Positions 48,332 to 58,098 of a stretch of 64,000 nt of DNA are shown piece after piece. The DNA comes from Desulfurococcales archaeon (lineage in GTDB: Archaea > Thermoproteota > Thermoprotei_A > Sulfolobales > Desulfurococcaceae). Under the pieces are notes generated by a model. It was not told where the DNA came from, did not search any database, and worked only from the letters and a program-made list of their open reading frames with translations. The DNA lies in the NCBI GenBank assembly GCA_027022365.1, contig JALVYU010000031.1:128001-192000 (forward strand), given 5' to 3'. Position 1 is the stretch's first letter, and the number at the start of each line of letters is the position of its first letter. Both the position numbers and the translations under genes were made by a program.

Positions 48332-49003
48332 TTGCGGGCCGCGATTTTGCTCAATATTTCATCCGATTATAGTTACAGGAAAATTATATTTAGTGACATA
48401 GACGGGGTCTCGGTGATCGAAAAGGTTTATGAAAATGTGGAGAACGTTTTTGATGAAGCAAATATTGTTGGTGGAGGCGAACTGTACGATGAGGTGACAG
48501 AATTTCTCGGAGTAGAAGGTATTAGAGACGAGTATGAAGAGCCGTATTTCTTATCTAATCTTGCCATAGCCATCCGCAAGCTGGGCGATGTATTTGTTTT
48601 CTCACCGAATATGCCGTGTATAAACCGTAGATTCGTTGAAGTGCTTATACGGATATGGAGGCCTGGAGGATATCTTATTGTAGCTCCTTGTTGGCAAGAC
48701 AATAGTGTCGTATACGGCCAAGCAATATATTCTAAGCTGCTCATCAAAGATATTGAGCAACTAATTGAAGCGAAGAAAGATATTTCCGATCTCTACGATC
48801 TCCATCCGGACAAAACATATGTGCTCTACCTGGACAGATTACCTATAGCTTATACGTCTAGCACAGTAACTATAGATAATGAAGAGGACTTGAAAATGTT
48901 CAAAGAACTACTTGGCGTCAAGGACTCTTTAGAATATGCATGTAAGGAGATGTTCAAAGAACTATATCTTAGAAGAAGCCGCCGGTTCTTTTCGCCCTCT
49001 TAG
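48332..49003 (+). CDS. Divergent MobA/CobY-like nucleotidyltransferase-fold protein
   Basis: MRAAILL start, NMPCI (cf. DMPF), IDNEEDL (cf. NINTPEDL); the glycine-rich GG motif is absent. Confidence 0.55.
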   Translation: MRAAILLNISSDYSYRKIIFSDIDGVSVIEKVYENVENVFDEANIVGGGELYDEVTEFLGVEGIRDEYEEPYFLSNLAIAIRKLGDVFVFSPNMPCINRRFVEVLIRIWRPGGYLIVAPCWQDNSVVYGQAIYSKLLIKDIEQLIEAKKDISDLYDLHPDKTYVLYLDRLPIAYTSSTVTIDNEEDLKMFKELLGVKDSLEYACKEMFKELYLRRSRRFFSPS

Positions 49004-49588
49004 AATCTTCTTAATCGTTCTCCGAAACATATCATCGTTTTTCATTAGCCAAGAATAGTTTTTCTTAATCATCTCCGTGGGTGCCCAAACTATTTCTGGT
49101 TCTTCCCTAGAGTAATTTATGACTATAGCGATCCGATCCAAACCTAGGACTGTTGGCAATGTATCCGAGCCATGAGTGAAAATAATGTTTTTAAGAATAT
49201 GTAGTGCTCCGTTAAGCTCCCATTCCTCAGGTATTTTCTCCCCCCTTATGTTTTCTTCAAGTCTTTTCGGTATTCGGAGAACTGGTATAAGGAGTGCTAT
49301 TCTGAACCTTCTGAAAGTCTTCCGGGCTAGTTCGAGTCTCATTTTTTCGGTCCATTCGAGGGCTTCTCGAAGTAGCTCTACGGCTTTCTCGGGCTCTGCC
49401 CTGCTTTTAATCACTATTTTTTTATCTACGGCTGGTAGATGCGGTCTTGCTTCTTCAAGCCTAAATATGAGAAGGGCTCTGCGGCACGGGAAATCCAGCC
49501 TATTGTCTATAAAGAAAGCGTCTAACAAGTACTCCTTATTCCCCGCTTTGATCTTGTATGCTGGTATAATGATAAGGGTTTTAGGCAA
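48962..49588 (-). CDS. Hypothetical protein, paralog of 60674..61264
   Basis: Shared motifs IP.YK, YLLDA.F.D, E.NGAL.I, KNY..L...D..FR. Confidence 0.75.
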   Translation of the reverse strand: MPKTLIIIPAYKIKAGNKEYLLDAFFIDNRLDFPCRRALLIFRLEEARPHLPAVDKKIVIKSRAEPEKAVELLREALEWTEKMRLELARKTFRRFRIALLIPVLRIPKRLEENIRGEKIPEEWELNGALHILKNIIFTHGSDTLPTVLGLDRIAIVINYSREEPEIVWAPTEMIKKNYSWLMKNDDMFRRTIKKILRGRKEPAASSKI

Positions 49589-49750
49589 GGCTAATCCTCT
49601 CTCCTTTTAGGATTTTTCTACAATTCCCTTATTATTAGTAGAGCACGGCGGCAGACATGTTATTTCTGGGAAAAACGTGGGGTTAGATTTTTATAATCCG
49701 ATTGCCTTTTTTCTTCAAGTAAATGAAAAACGTAAATGGGGAGAGTACTC

Positions 49751-51988
49751 ATGAGATCTAAATACACACGTGCCCTGTCAAAGGGGGCTGCCGCGGCTAT
49801 AGCTATAATTATAATTATAGGTATTATAGCTGGAGCATATTACTATATGCAGAGCCAGAAGCCCTCTGCAACCACTACCACTTCCCCGCCCAGTACTACC
49901 ACTCAGTCGCCCACCCAGACGGCTAGCCCGACCACTACCTCCACTGGTACCCAGACCACTACCTCGCCGCCCAGTCAGAAGCCGCCTATTCACAACACAG
50001 TCATATATCTTATACAGAACGATGCTACAACGAGAGTACTAACGATCAAGAAGGGAGTGGCGGATCTTGGTGTGGTGCCAGCCGACCAGCTGGACGCATT
50101 AGCTGGCACCACTTATGACGGGACGAACTTCAAGATCATAAAGCAGGAGATGGGGCTAAGCCTCACCATAGTCTATATTGTGCTCAACACTTACAAGCCG
50201 CCATTCAACAACCTGCTGGTAAGACAAGCACTAGCCTACGCTACCCCGTACAAGATGATCTGGGAGACCGTATACGCCGGCACCGTGACCAACCTAGTAG
50301 GAGTAATACCTAAGGGCATGCTGGGATGGACCGATTATAAGGTCATACAGTACAAGTTCGATCTAGCTAAGGCCAAGGAGCTGATACAGAAGAGCGGCAT
50401 CAACCCATCAAACTACGTCATAACCATCTATTACAACCAGGGCAACACCCAGAGAGCAAAGATCGCTAGCCTGCTATCGCAGTACTGGGGACAGTTAGGA
50501 TTCAAGGTCATGGTACAATCACTATCATGGCCACAGCTACTCGAGAAGACCTCTAAGCCCGAGTTCGATGTCTACATTATCGGATGGGCGCCCGACTACC
50601 TAGACCCCGACGACTATGCTGGACCACTAGTAGGCGGTGGAACAAAGTTCGACTCAGTAGAAGTATATCAGGTCAACTCGGCGGCTGATGTATCCAAGTA
50701 CCTGAGCAAGGCGACTGTTATCGACACAAAGGACGCCTACGTAGTAGTAGGCCCTGCGGGCACTGGCGCAAGCGTAAGCATCAGTGGCAAACCAATCGTT
50801 GTCGTCCAGTACAAGTTGTCAGCGAAGCAGATACCTATACCGAACTGCACTGCCTTCAGTAGTATTGACCCATCATTCTATAGGAACGTAACACTAGATG
50901 CTCTAATCCAGGCAGGCAGGTACGCCGTCGAGTACAAGGTCAGAGAAGCGATCTATCAGGCGGTCGAGAGGATATCGAACGAGCAACTACCATGCATATG
51001 GCTTGGCCAGTACATGGTTGTACGTGACTACTGGGACTGGATTCAGGGCAGATACTACAACCCGATCCTAGCCGAGAGATGGGATCTGATATGGGAGAAG
51101 CCCATACCTAACCCGCCTAGCATCGGTATAGGGAACTACGTCAATGACGCCCACACCCTGGTGATAGCCACCATTGGATGGCCGCAGAGCTTCGACCCAG
51201 CCAAGAGCTACGAGACCTTCGGATGGGAGATCTTCCACGAGATAGGCGACACCCTAGTAACCTACTGGAAGGCCGATACCACACACATAGTCCCGGACGC
51301 TGCAGTTGCATGGGCATACAGCAAGAACGGTACTGAGTGGTTCTTCGTAATAAGAGACGGGCTAAAGGCGTATGACCCCAACAGCGGCAAGGTATACCCG
51401 GTCAACGCGACTGACGTATTGTTCACTATATGGAGGATCGCGAGACTGGGTCTAGACCCATCATGGATGATAACCACATTCATAGACGTCAATGCTAGCA
51501 GAGTATACACCGAGAACGAATTTGATCAAATACTCGCTAAGGGAGGTATCTACGCTACCTATAATGGCAAGACCGAGGAGGTAAAGAGCCTATCACAGCT
51601 ACTACAGCTCTTCGGATATAGTGGCAAGACCGCAGGAGTAGTGATGCTCAAGCTATACAAGCCATACTCAGCCATACTCAACATCCTGGCCGACCCGTTC
51701 ACAATGATAATACCCGCCAAGTACCTCTTCGATAATGTACCGGAATTAAAGGGCAAGTACGAGGAGGCAATGAAGGCAGCACAGTGGGGTAAGAACCCAG
51801 AGGCCTGGATCAAGTACATAGGTACAGGCGACAAGGAGCCAACCCACCAGTTCCTACACACACACCCGATTGGAACCGGGCCATACTACGTGGCCAGCTT
51901 CAAGCAGGACTCATACATCATACTAAAGCTCAACCCGTACTACTGGAACGCAACACTCTGGTACCAGCTGTACGGCTATAAGCCCTAA
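49751..51988 (+). CDS. Peptide ABC transporter substrate-binding protein (family 5, apparently circularly permuted)
   Basis: TM plus Thr-rich linker; PFNNLLVRQALAYA, GWAPDYLDPD, SFDPA, GTGPY. Confidence 0.9.
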   Translation: MRSKYTRALSKGAAAAIAIIIIIGIIAGAYYYMQSQKPSATTTTSPPSTTTQSPTQTASPTTTSTGTQTTTSPPSQKPPIHNTVIYLIQNDATTRVLTIKKGVADLGVVPADQLDALAGTTYDGTNFKIIKQEMGLSLTIVYIVLNTYKPPFNNLLVRQALAYATPYKMIWETVYAGTVTNLVGVIPKGMLGWTDYKVIQYKFDLAKAKELIQKSGINPSNYVITIYYNQGNTQRAKIASLLSQYWGQLGFKVMVQSLSWPQLLEKTSKPEFDVYIIGWAPDYLDPDDYAGPLVGGGTKFDSVEVYQVNSAADVSKYLSKATVIDTKDAYVVVGPAGTGASVSISGKPIVVVQYKLSAKQIPIPNCTAFSSIDPSFYRNVTLDALIQAGRYAVEYKVREAIYQAVERISNEQLPCIWLGQYMVVRDYWDWIQGRYYNPILAERWDLIWEKPIPNPPSIGIGNYVNDAHTLVIATIGWPQSFDPAKSYETFGWEIFHEIGDTLVTYWKADTTHIVPDAAVAWAYSKNGTEWFFVIRDGLKAYDPNSGKVYPVNATDVLFTIWRIARLGLDPSWMITTFIDVNASRVYTENEFDQILAKGGIYATYNGKTEEVKSLSQLLQLFGYSGKTAGVVMLKLYKPYSAILNILADPFTMIIPAKYLFDNVPELKGKYEEAMKAAQWGKNPEAWIKYIGTGDKEPTHQFLHTHPIGTGPYYVASFKQDSYIILKLNPYYWNATLWYQLYGYKP

Positions 51989-52038
51989 AGAAAAGAAATG
52001 GTTTGATTAAAAACAATATTTTTTAGTATCCACAATCC

Positions 52039-54210
52039 CTACCCAAGCCTAATATTCCCTATTTCTTCATAGTTCTCAAGGCTAAGAACAAGTATTTCAC
52101 TCGGCGACACAAGGTACAGCTTGTCACCAATATAGAGCGAGCGTCCACCATTGTTTAGCTCAACTATCTTAACTAGTCCTAGCTCGTCGTTAGCATAACT
52201 CATTATCAAGAAGCCGAAGCATCTGTATCCCCATACGCCAGTGTTTGTTGTCGATCCCGAAGACCAAGCCCAGCCGTGGCTCAACGGAATTATGAATACT
52301 TTCTTCTCGGGAACCAAGGTAAAGGCGTGGTAGTCATAGAGTACAGGCGATGTTACTAGTTTTCCGATACTGGCCCTTGAAAGCTGGGATACATGTTTTG
52401 GATCGCTGATATTGTATAGTGATATAGTTAGATTACCGCTGTCAACACCGATTCCAAGCAATATGTCGTGTCCAAGGGGATGCAGGTAGACGTTATATCC
52501 CGGTATCTTGAGATAACCTATTATCTCCGGGTGATATGGGTCTGAAACGTTAATAGCGAATAATGGGTCTACTCTACGATAGGTTACGAGAATATAGATG
52601 TCGTTGATCAGTCTCCCCGTCTTAATTGTTTCTCCAACAGCTATATCGTCAAGTCTTGAAACCATTTTTAGATTTTCTAAGTCTACAATTGTTAGGGCAT
52701 TAGATCCCTTCTTGGTCTTTGTCCATATCCACACGTCTCTAATTATGCTAGGATAATTGGTGGAGTTGATCTCATGTGTGTAAGTCTGTTTTTCACCGTT
52801 AGGTAGAGTTATCGTAATTCCAATGTCCTTCTCTACATTTCCGATCTTATATGTGTAAATGTTTATAACTGGTGTATATTCCACGTAGTTGGTTGCAACT
52901 ATAAAGTATTTGCCCCTGTACTCTTCCATGCAGAACTGGTTCTGCAGATATCCCTTTACCTCGAAGCTCCCTCTATACTTGATTGACAAACCGTTTATAG
53001 CGAAAACATAGAATCTTGATTTTGCGGTGAAAGATTCTTGTTTAACTAGTTTATTAATTGTCAGGGCAAGATTACCGGCCTCACTCTGAGGTAATGATTT
53101 AACGTACTGCCTGAAGAGATTATAGGCAGTCATTACCGTGTAATACGTATTGTTTTTGAGTAGCTCTGATATTTTTTCGGCCAGGCTTGCTGGTAACATA
53201 TGTAGGGTTGCTTCGAGAACATGTTTGATAGATATTAAATAGATGTTTGAAGCCGGCGAGAATACAACGAGATGTTTATAGGACATATATATCTTTGAAG
53301 CTGCCCCCGTCATTATCGATAATACATTGTATTTTAGGCTTGTCAGGTTCGCAGCGAAGATATTGGTATAGTATTCTGGAGGATTATAAACTAGCAGTAT
53401 CCTGTCTATCGGGAATGGAATTCCATTAATAATTGGTATCTCCACAGGTTCAACGGGTTGACTAGTAACTACGTATAGGATTCTCCGGTAGAGACGAGCA
53501 CTGATCAGGCGGCCCGTGATATTATATGTCTGTAGGAGATATGGGTGCTCGGGCTCTGTTATGTTTATTAATTTAATAATAGTTTGCTCACTATTGAATC
53601 TTCCAACGGATATTAGTCTTGTTAGGGGCCTAATAACGCCGCGATTACTCATTATTACCGCTAGGATATCCTGATCTAGGAAGATACCTCTAATGGTATG
53701 GTTAAACCTGATTACTGATAACACCTTCTCATGTTTCGCATCGACGACATACGCTTTATCATTATTGACAACGACTATTATCTTTCCATTAGTCTTGACA
53801 ATATCTGGTTCATCAATACCTTTCACTTGCACATTTGTCGAGGAATATCCTTGCGCGGTCTCGCTATATCCCATCTTAATAGTGCCTTCGATCTGATATA
53901 ACAGAGGTAGTGTAGTGATTAGTGGTCTTATAGTAGTTGATGTGCCAGCACTGGATGTTCTCTCCACGTTTTCAATAGTTTTTAAGTATGATATTAGATC
54001 GGTATAGGATTTGAATTTCTGTAGCTGTGTAGCATTTATTGGCTGGGGGATCATACTAGCTGGACTAGTACTTTGGGGTGGAGATGGGGTTATGACTGGT
54101 GTTGTTACCCTAGTTCCGATTTGGCTTGGCGCCAGATAGAGCCCCATAATGGGTATGAGGATTCCTGCCATGAGTGCTATGGCGGCAGATAATATCAGAC
54201 GCTTATCCAT
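52039..54210 (-). CDS. Membrane-anchored secreted beta-propeller domain protein
   Basis: YSSTNVQVKGIDEPDIVKTNG, VTYRRVDPLF, GYLKIPGY..YLHP, YDYHAF. Confidence 0.85.
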   Translation of the reverse strand: MDKRLILSAAIALMAGILIPIMGLYLAPSQIGTRVTTPVITPSPPQSTSPASMIPQPINATQLQKFKSYTDLISYLKTIENVERTSSAGTSTTIRPLITTLPLLYQIEGTIKMGYSETAQGYSSTNVQVKGIDEPDIVKTNGKIIVVVNNDKAYVVDAKHEKVLSVIRFNHTIRGIFLDQDILAVIMSNRGVIRPLTRLISVGRFNSEQTIIKLINITEPEHPYLLQTYNITGRLISARLYRRILYVVTSQPVEPVEIPIINGIPFPIDRILLVYNPPEYYTNIFAANLTSLKYNVLSIMTGAASKIYMSYKHLVVFSPASNIYLISIKHVLEATLHMLPASLAEKISELLKNNTYYTVMTAYNLFRQYVKSLPQSEAGNLALTINKLVKQESFTAKSRFYVFAINGLSIKYRGSFEVKGYLQNQFCMEEYRGKYFIVATNYVEYTPVINIYTYKIGNVEKDIGITITLPNGEKQTYTHEINSTNYPSIIRDVWIWTKTKKGSNALTIVDLENLKMVSRLDDIAVGETIKTGRLINDIYILVTYRRVDPLFAINVSDPYHPEIIGYLKIPGYNVYLHPLGHDILLGIGVDSGNLTISLYNISDPKHVSQLSRASIGKLVTSPVLYDYHAFTLVPEKKVFIIPLSHGWAWSSGSTTNTGVWGYRCFGFLIMSYANDELGLVKIVELNNGGRSLYIGDKLYLVSPSEILVLSLENYEEIGNIRLG

Positions 54211-54271
54211 AAGTCCCACCTGAGGATGATTCTTGGTTTCATTAGATATATTATGAAGCCTTGGACAGACG

Positions 54272-54288
54272 TGTTCGAATACTGGACA
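54272..54288. promoter_or_regulatory. Candidate operator TGTTCG-N4-CTGGACA (copy 1)
   Basis: Pseudo-palindrome upstream of the beta-propeller gene; second copy at 54763-54779. Confidence 0.6.
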
Positions 54289-54289
54289 C

Positions 54290-54709
54290 TTATTTGGGGC
54301 TGAATAGCTCTTTCTTGATCCTTAGCCCCTCGAGAAAGAAGATAGCTGAGGACGCCCAAGAGATCATAATAGCTGTCAGCCTATCAATGTTGAAACCCTC
54401 TATGATTGAAACAAGTGTTTCGCCTATAAATATTCCGAGGAAGAAGAACCCGTAGATCATTATTCGTGGCAGTATCTTCCTGCCTATGACGAGATATCCT
54501 TCGATGCCAATAATTCTTGCTGGTGTATAGCCCTCGGGAGTCCTCTTAACTAGTCCTGATTCAATCATTTTCTTGAGATGATAGTGTACACTGCTTGGTG
54601 CGAGACCGGTTGCTGTTGCTATCTCTCTGACGCTTGCAGGCTTGTTTCTCTCGATCAGATATACATAAATTTTCAATTGATTCTTATCTAGTCTGTTTTC
54701 GTCCGTCAA
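54290..54709 (-). CDS. Winged-helix regulator with C-terminal transmembrane hairpin
   Basis: SVREIATATGLAPSSVHYHLKKMIESGLV HTH followed by two hydrophobic segments. Confidence 0.85.
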   Translation of the reverse strand: MTDENRLDKNQLKIYVYLIERNKPASVREIATATGLAPSSVHYHLKKMIESGLVKRTPEGYTPARIIGIEGYLVIGRKILPRIMIYGFFFLGIFIGETLVSIIEGFNIDRLTAIMISWASSAIFFLEGLRIKKELFSPK

Positions 54710-54762
54710 CTCTAACTATACCAATGGTAATAGGTGCACTAGGCTCTTGATATTTTTTCTTA

Positions 54763-54779
54763 TGTTCGGTTTCTGGACA
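54763..54779. promoter_or_regulatory. Candidate operator TGTTCG-N4-CTGGACA (copy 2)
   Basis: Upstream of the regulator gene, adjacent to a minus-strand TTATAAAAAG TATA-like box (54782-54791). Confidence 0.6.
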
Positions 54780-54958
54780 GGCTTTTTATAACATTGTTAT
54801 TAGCGAACATGTTAATTGAAACTCTACAGCACAAGAGCCCGGTGATGTACCGAGAATTAGTTTTATTTAGGGATAATACTCGTTATAAATCGAAATTGTA
54901 TTACCCGTGGAACAAGTATGGGATACCCGTACGTGGGAGTACTTGATGGGTGAATTGA

Positions 54959-55957
54959 ATGGCGGATATCAAGCGGTTCCTGGCCCGTAGAGCACTGACC
55001 TTCATACCGACATTAATAGGAGTAACTTTCCTTGCATACATAATCGCTTTCGCAATTCCCGCCAACCCGGCGCAGGCGTGGGCTGGCGGTATTAAGGCTA
55101 ATCCAGAAGTTGTCGCACGTATTATCAAAGAGTACCATCTAAACGATCCTTGGTACGTTCAGTACTACTATTTCATGAAGGGAATACTCACGAACTCAAT
55201 TATAGATCCCCGCTGGGGATACCCTGTAATGACGTATATGTTGTCGAGATTTCCGATTACGTTCCAATTAACATTATTTGCGTTGTTCTTCCTCATAGTG
55301 CTCGGCATTCCCCTGGGGATAGTATCGGCGTTGAAGAAGGATTCGTGGATCGACGCCCTTGTTAGGACTTGGGCACTCGTAGGAGTATCTGTACCGATAT
55401 TCTGGCTGGGATACATATTCATATATGTATTCTTCTACCAGCTAGGATGGATCAATATAGCGGGCATACCATACCCCAAAGTCCACATTACCGGCGTGCC
55501 GATAATTGACGCTATGCTGAGTGGTGAGTGGAACATAGTTTGGGAGAACATAAAGAGATTTATACTGCCGGGCTTCACCCTCGGGTTCGCCGGCATCGGG
55601 GTGATCGCTAGGCTTGTCAGGAACAGCTTCTTAGAGGCGATAAACAGCGACTACATATATTTCGCCAGGATGCGTGGACTGAAGTATAGGAGGATAATGA
55701 CACACGCACTCAGAAACGCCCTGGTACCAGTTGTAACCGTGCTCGGGCTACAGTTTGGAGGACTCCTGGGTGGGGCACCGATCACAGAAACAGTCTTCAG
55801 TATACCTGGTATGGGCCGCGCAATGGTTGACGCTATCTTCTCGATGGACTTCCCACTGCTCATAGCGGGTACTTTCCTTGTGGCCATAATCTATGTTATA
55901 ACTAACCTGATCGTGGACATCTTATACGCAGTGATTGATCCGAGGGTGAGATTCTGA
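54959..55957 (+). CDS. dppB: Peptide ABC transporter permease (DppB/OppB)
   Basis: SVPIFWLG, ARMRGL...HALRNAL, ITETVFSIPGMG. Confidence 0.92.
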   Translation: MADIKRFLARRALTFIPTLIGVTFLAYIIAFAIPANPAQAWAGGIKANPEVVARIIKEYHLNDPWYVQYYYFMKGILTNSIIDPRWGYPVMTYMLSRFPITFQLTLFALFFLIVLGIPLGIVSALKKDSWIDALVRTWALVGVSVPIFWLGYIFIYVFFYQLGWINIAGIPYPKVHITGVPIIDAMLSGEWNIVWENIKRFILPGFTLGFAGIGVIARLVRNSFLEAINSDYIYFARMRGLKYRRIMTHALRNALVPVVTVLGLQFGGLLGGAPITETVFSIPGMGRAMVDAIFSMDFPLLIAGTFLVAIIYVITNLIVDILYAVIDPRVRF

Positions 55958-57090
55958 TGTCCGCGGAAGAGGTATATGAGAAAAAGATCCTTGACAGGTT
56001 CAGTGATGCCCTCATAGCGTTCATAGTGAAGATAATAACGCTGTTTAAGAAGGACTGGGCAAAGAAGAACAAGAGCAGAATCGATGAATGGAGGCTCATG
56101 CTATACGCTCTCAACAGGAGCCCTATAGGGATAGCGGGCCTCGTACTCGGCCTAGGCTTTGTAATCATAGGCATCATAGGGCCCTGGATAGCCCCGCATA
56201 GCTATGACTTCTCATACATCATGGCGACTGGTAAGTTCAAAGAATACTATCTCGCACCGCCCGGCACAGGTGGAGCACTCCTCGGAACCGACGACCTCGG
56301 GAGAGATCTTCTCAGCCTACTACTATACGGTGCAAGAGTATCGTTGATGGCCACAGTGCTCGTGCTCCCGATAGGCATAACCATAGGTATAATAATAGGG
56401 CTCGTAGCAGGATACTATGGCGGTGCAGTGGACGAGATACTGATGAGGCTCACCGACGTATTCCTAGCATTCCCAGGACTAATTCTTGCCCTGGCTTTCA
56501 GCAGCGCATTAACCCAGAGAATAGCGCTCGCAATAGCTCATAGTCAGTTCTTGACCAGCCTCATATCATCATTATTCGGCGTAAAACCGGTAGACGCTCT
56601 CAACGTGGCACCTGTCCTCTCGATCATAGTGGCGTTATGGATTGTCTGGTGGCCCGGCTACGCTAGAATGACGAGAGGACTAACCCTGCAGGAGAAGAAC
56701 AATGTATATGTGGAGGCATCCAAGGCCCTAGGCCTCAGCTCGCCGGCGATCATGTTCCGCCACATACTACCCAATATCCTAGGCCCAATCATAGTTATGA
56801 TGACTCTTGACATAGGAGGAGTGATCCTCACAGAGGCGGGTCTAAGCTTCTTGATGGGAGCAATGGTGAAGATACCGGACTGGGGAGCAATAGTACAGGC
56901 CGGATCACAATATCTTGTCCAAGGCAAGTGGTGGCTGGTGATTTTCCCAGGACTAGCGATACTGATCTCGGTGCTGGGATGGAACCTTTTCGGCGATAGC
57001 CTAAGAGACATCCTGGACCCGAGAACCCGTAGAAGCATCGAGTTCAAGATCAAGAAGAAAAAGAAGATGGAGGAGGGTGAAGAGCAATGA
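55957..57090 (+). CDS. dppC: Peptide ABC transporter permease (DppC/OppC)
   Basis: LGTDDLGRD, YVEASKALG, HILPN, FGDSLRDILDP. Confidence 0.92.
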   Translation: MSAEEVYEKKILDRFSDALIAFIVKIITLFKKDWAKKNKSRIDEWRLMLYALNRSPIGIAGLVLGLGFVIIGIIGPWIAPHSYDFSYIMATGKFKEYYLAPPGTGGALLGTDDLGRDLLSLLLYGARVSLMATVLVLPIGITIGIIIGLVAGYYGGAVDEILMRLTDVFLAFPGLILALAFSSALTQRIALAIAHSQFLTSLISSLFGVKPVDALNVAPVLSIIVALWIVWWPGYARMTRGLTLQEKNNVYVEASKALGLSSPAIMFRHILPNILGPIIVMMTLDIGGVILTEAGLSFLMGAMVKIPDWGAIVQAGSQYLVQGKWWLVIFPGLAILISVLGWNLFGDSLRDILDPRTRRSIEFKIKKKKKMEEGEEQ

Positions 57091-58085
57091 GTAGCCCTCA
57101 GTTCCGTGAACCCCTCATAGAGGTCAAGGATCTATATGTTTACTTCTACACATATGCCGGCGTAGTAAAAGCCATCGAAGATATGACGTTCACGATCTAT
57201 AAGGGCGAGAAATTCTGCATGGTGGGTGAAACCGGCTGCGGGAAATCAGTGACCAGCAGGGCACTAGCAAACATAGTTCCCAGCCCCGGCAGAATAGTCA
57301 AGGGTAAAGTGATCTATTATAGGGACGGCAAGCCCATCAACATACTAGAACTCAGCGAGGAGCAACTCAGAGAGATACGTGGGAAGGAGATAGCCTATAT
57401 AGTCCAAGACCCCTCCAGCGCCTTGGATCCCCTCTACACGATAGGTTATCAGATCGTCGAGACAATGATAGACCACTACACGGTCAAGGACTGGAAGGAG
57501 GGCTACAAGAGAGCAGTAGAACTACTCAGAGAAGTACTAATGCCCGACCCGGAGCAGAGGATCAAGAACTACCCCCACGAGCTCAGCGGAGGACAGAGGC
57601 AGCGCGCGGTGATAAGTATAGGGCTGAGCAACATGCCGCGCCTACTCATAGCAGACGAGCCAACCAGTAGCCTAGACGTGACCGTACAGGCACAGTTACT
57701 GGAACTTCTCAGGAGGCTTGTTAGAGAACACGGCCTAACCCTCTTCCTGATCACGCACGACATGGGTGTCGTAGCAGAGATGTGCGACCGCGTAGCAGTA
57801 CTATATGCAGGAAACATCGTAGAACTAGCTCCAGTCGACGAGATATTCAAGAATCCAAAACACCCATACACGATGGGATTGCTACGCGCGGTCCCTAACC
57901 CGCAGGCAGATATAGAGAAGCTAGAACCAATACCGGGAACCATACCAAACCTGATATATCCACCGCCGGGATGCAGGTTCCATCCACGCTGCCCATTTGC
58001 TAGGGATGTGTGTAAGCGGGAGAAGCCTCCACTAGTAGAGGTTGGCCCAGGACACTATGTGAGGTGCTGGCTCCACGCGGAGTAA
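57087..58085 (+). CDS. dppD: Peptide ABC transporter ATP-binding protein (DppD/OppD)
   Basis: GETGCGKS, YPHELSGGQRQR, C-terminal CRFHPRCP. Confidence 0.93.
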   Translation: MSSPQFREPLIEVKDLYVYFYTYAGVVKAIEDMTFTIYKGEKFCMVGETGCGKSVTSRALANIVPSPGRIVKGKVIYYRDGKPINILELSEEQLREIRGKEIAYIVQDPSSALDPLYTIGYQIVETMIDHYTVKDWKEGYKRAVELLREVLMPDPEQRIKNYPHELSGGQRQRAVISIGLSNMPRLLIADEPTSSLDVTVQAQLLELLRRLVREHGLTLFLITHDMGVVAEMCDRVAVLYAGNIVELAPVDEIFKNPKHPYTMGLLRAVPNPQADIEKLEPIPGTIPNLIYPPPGCRFHPRCPFARDVCKREKPPLVEVGPGHYVRCWLHAE

Positions 58086-58098
58086 GGAGGTGTGAACC

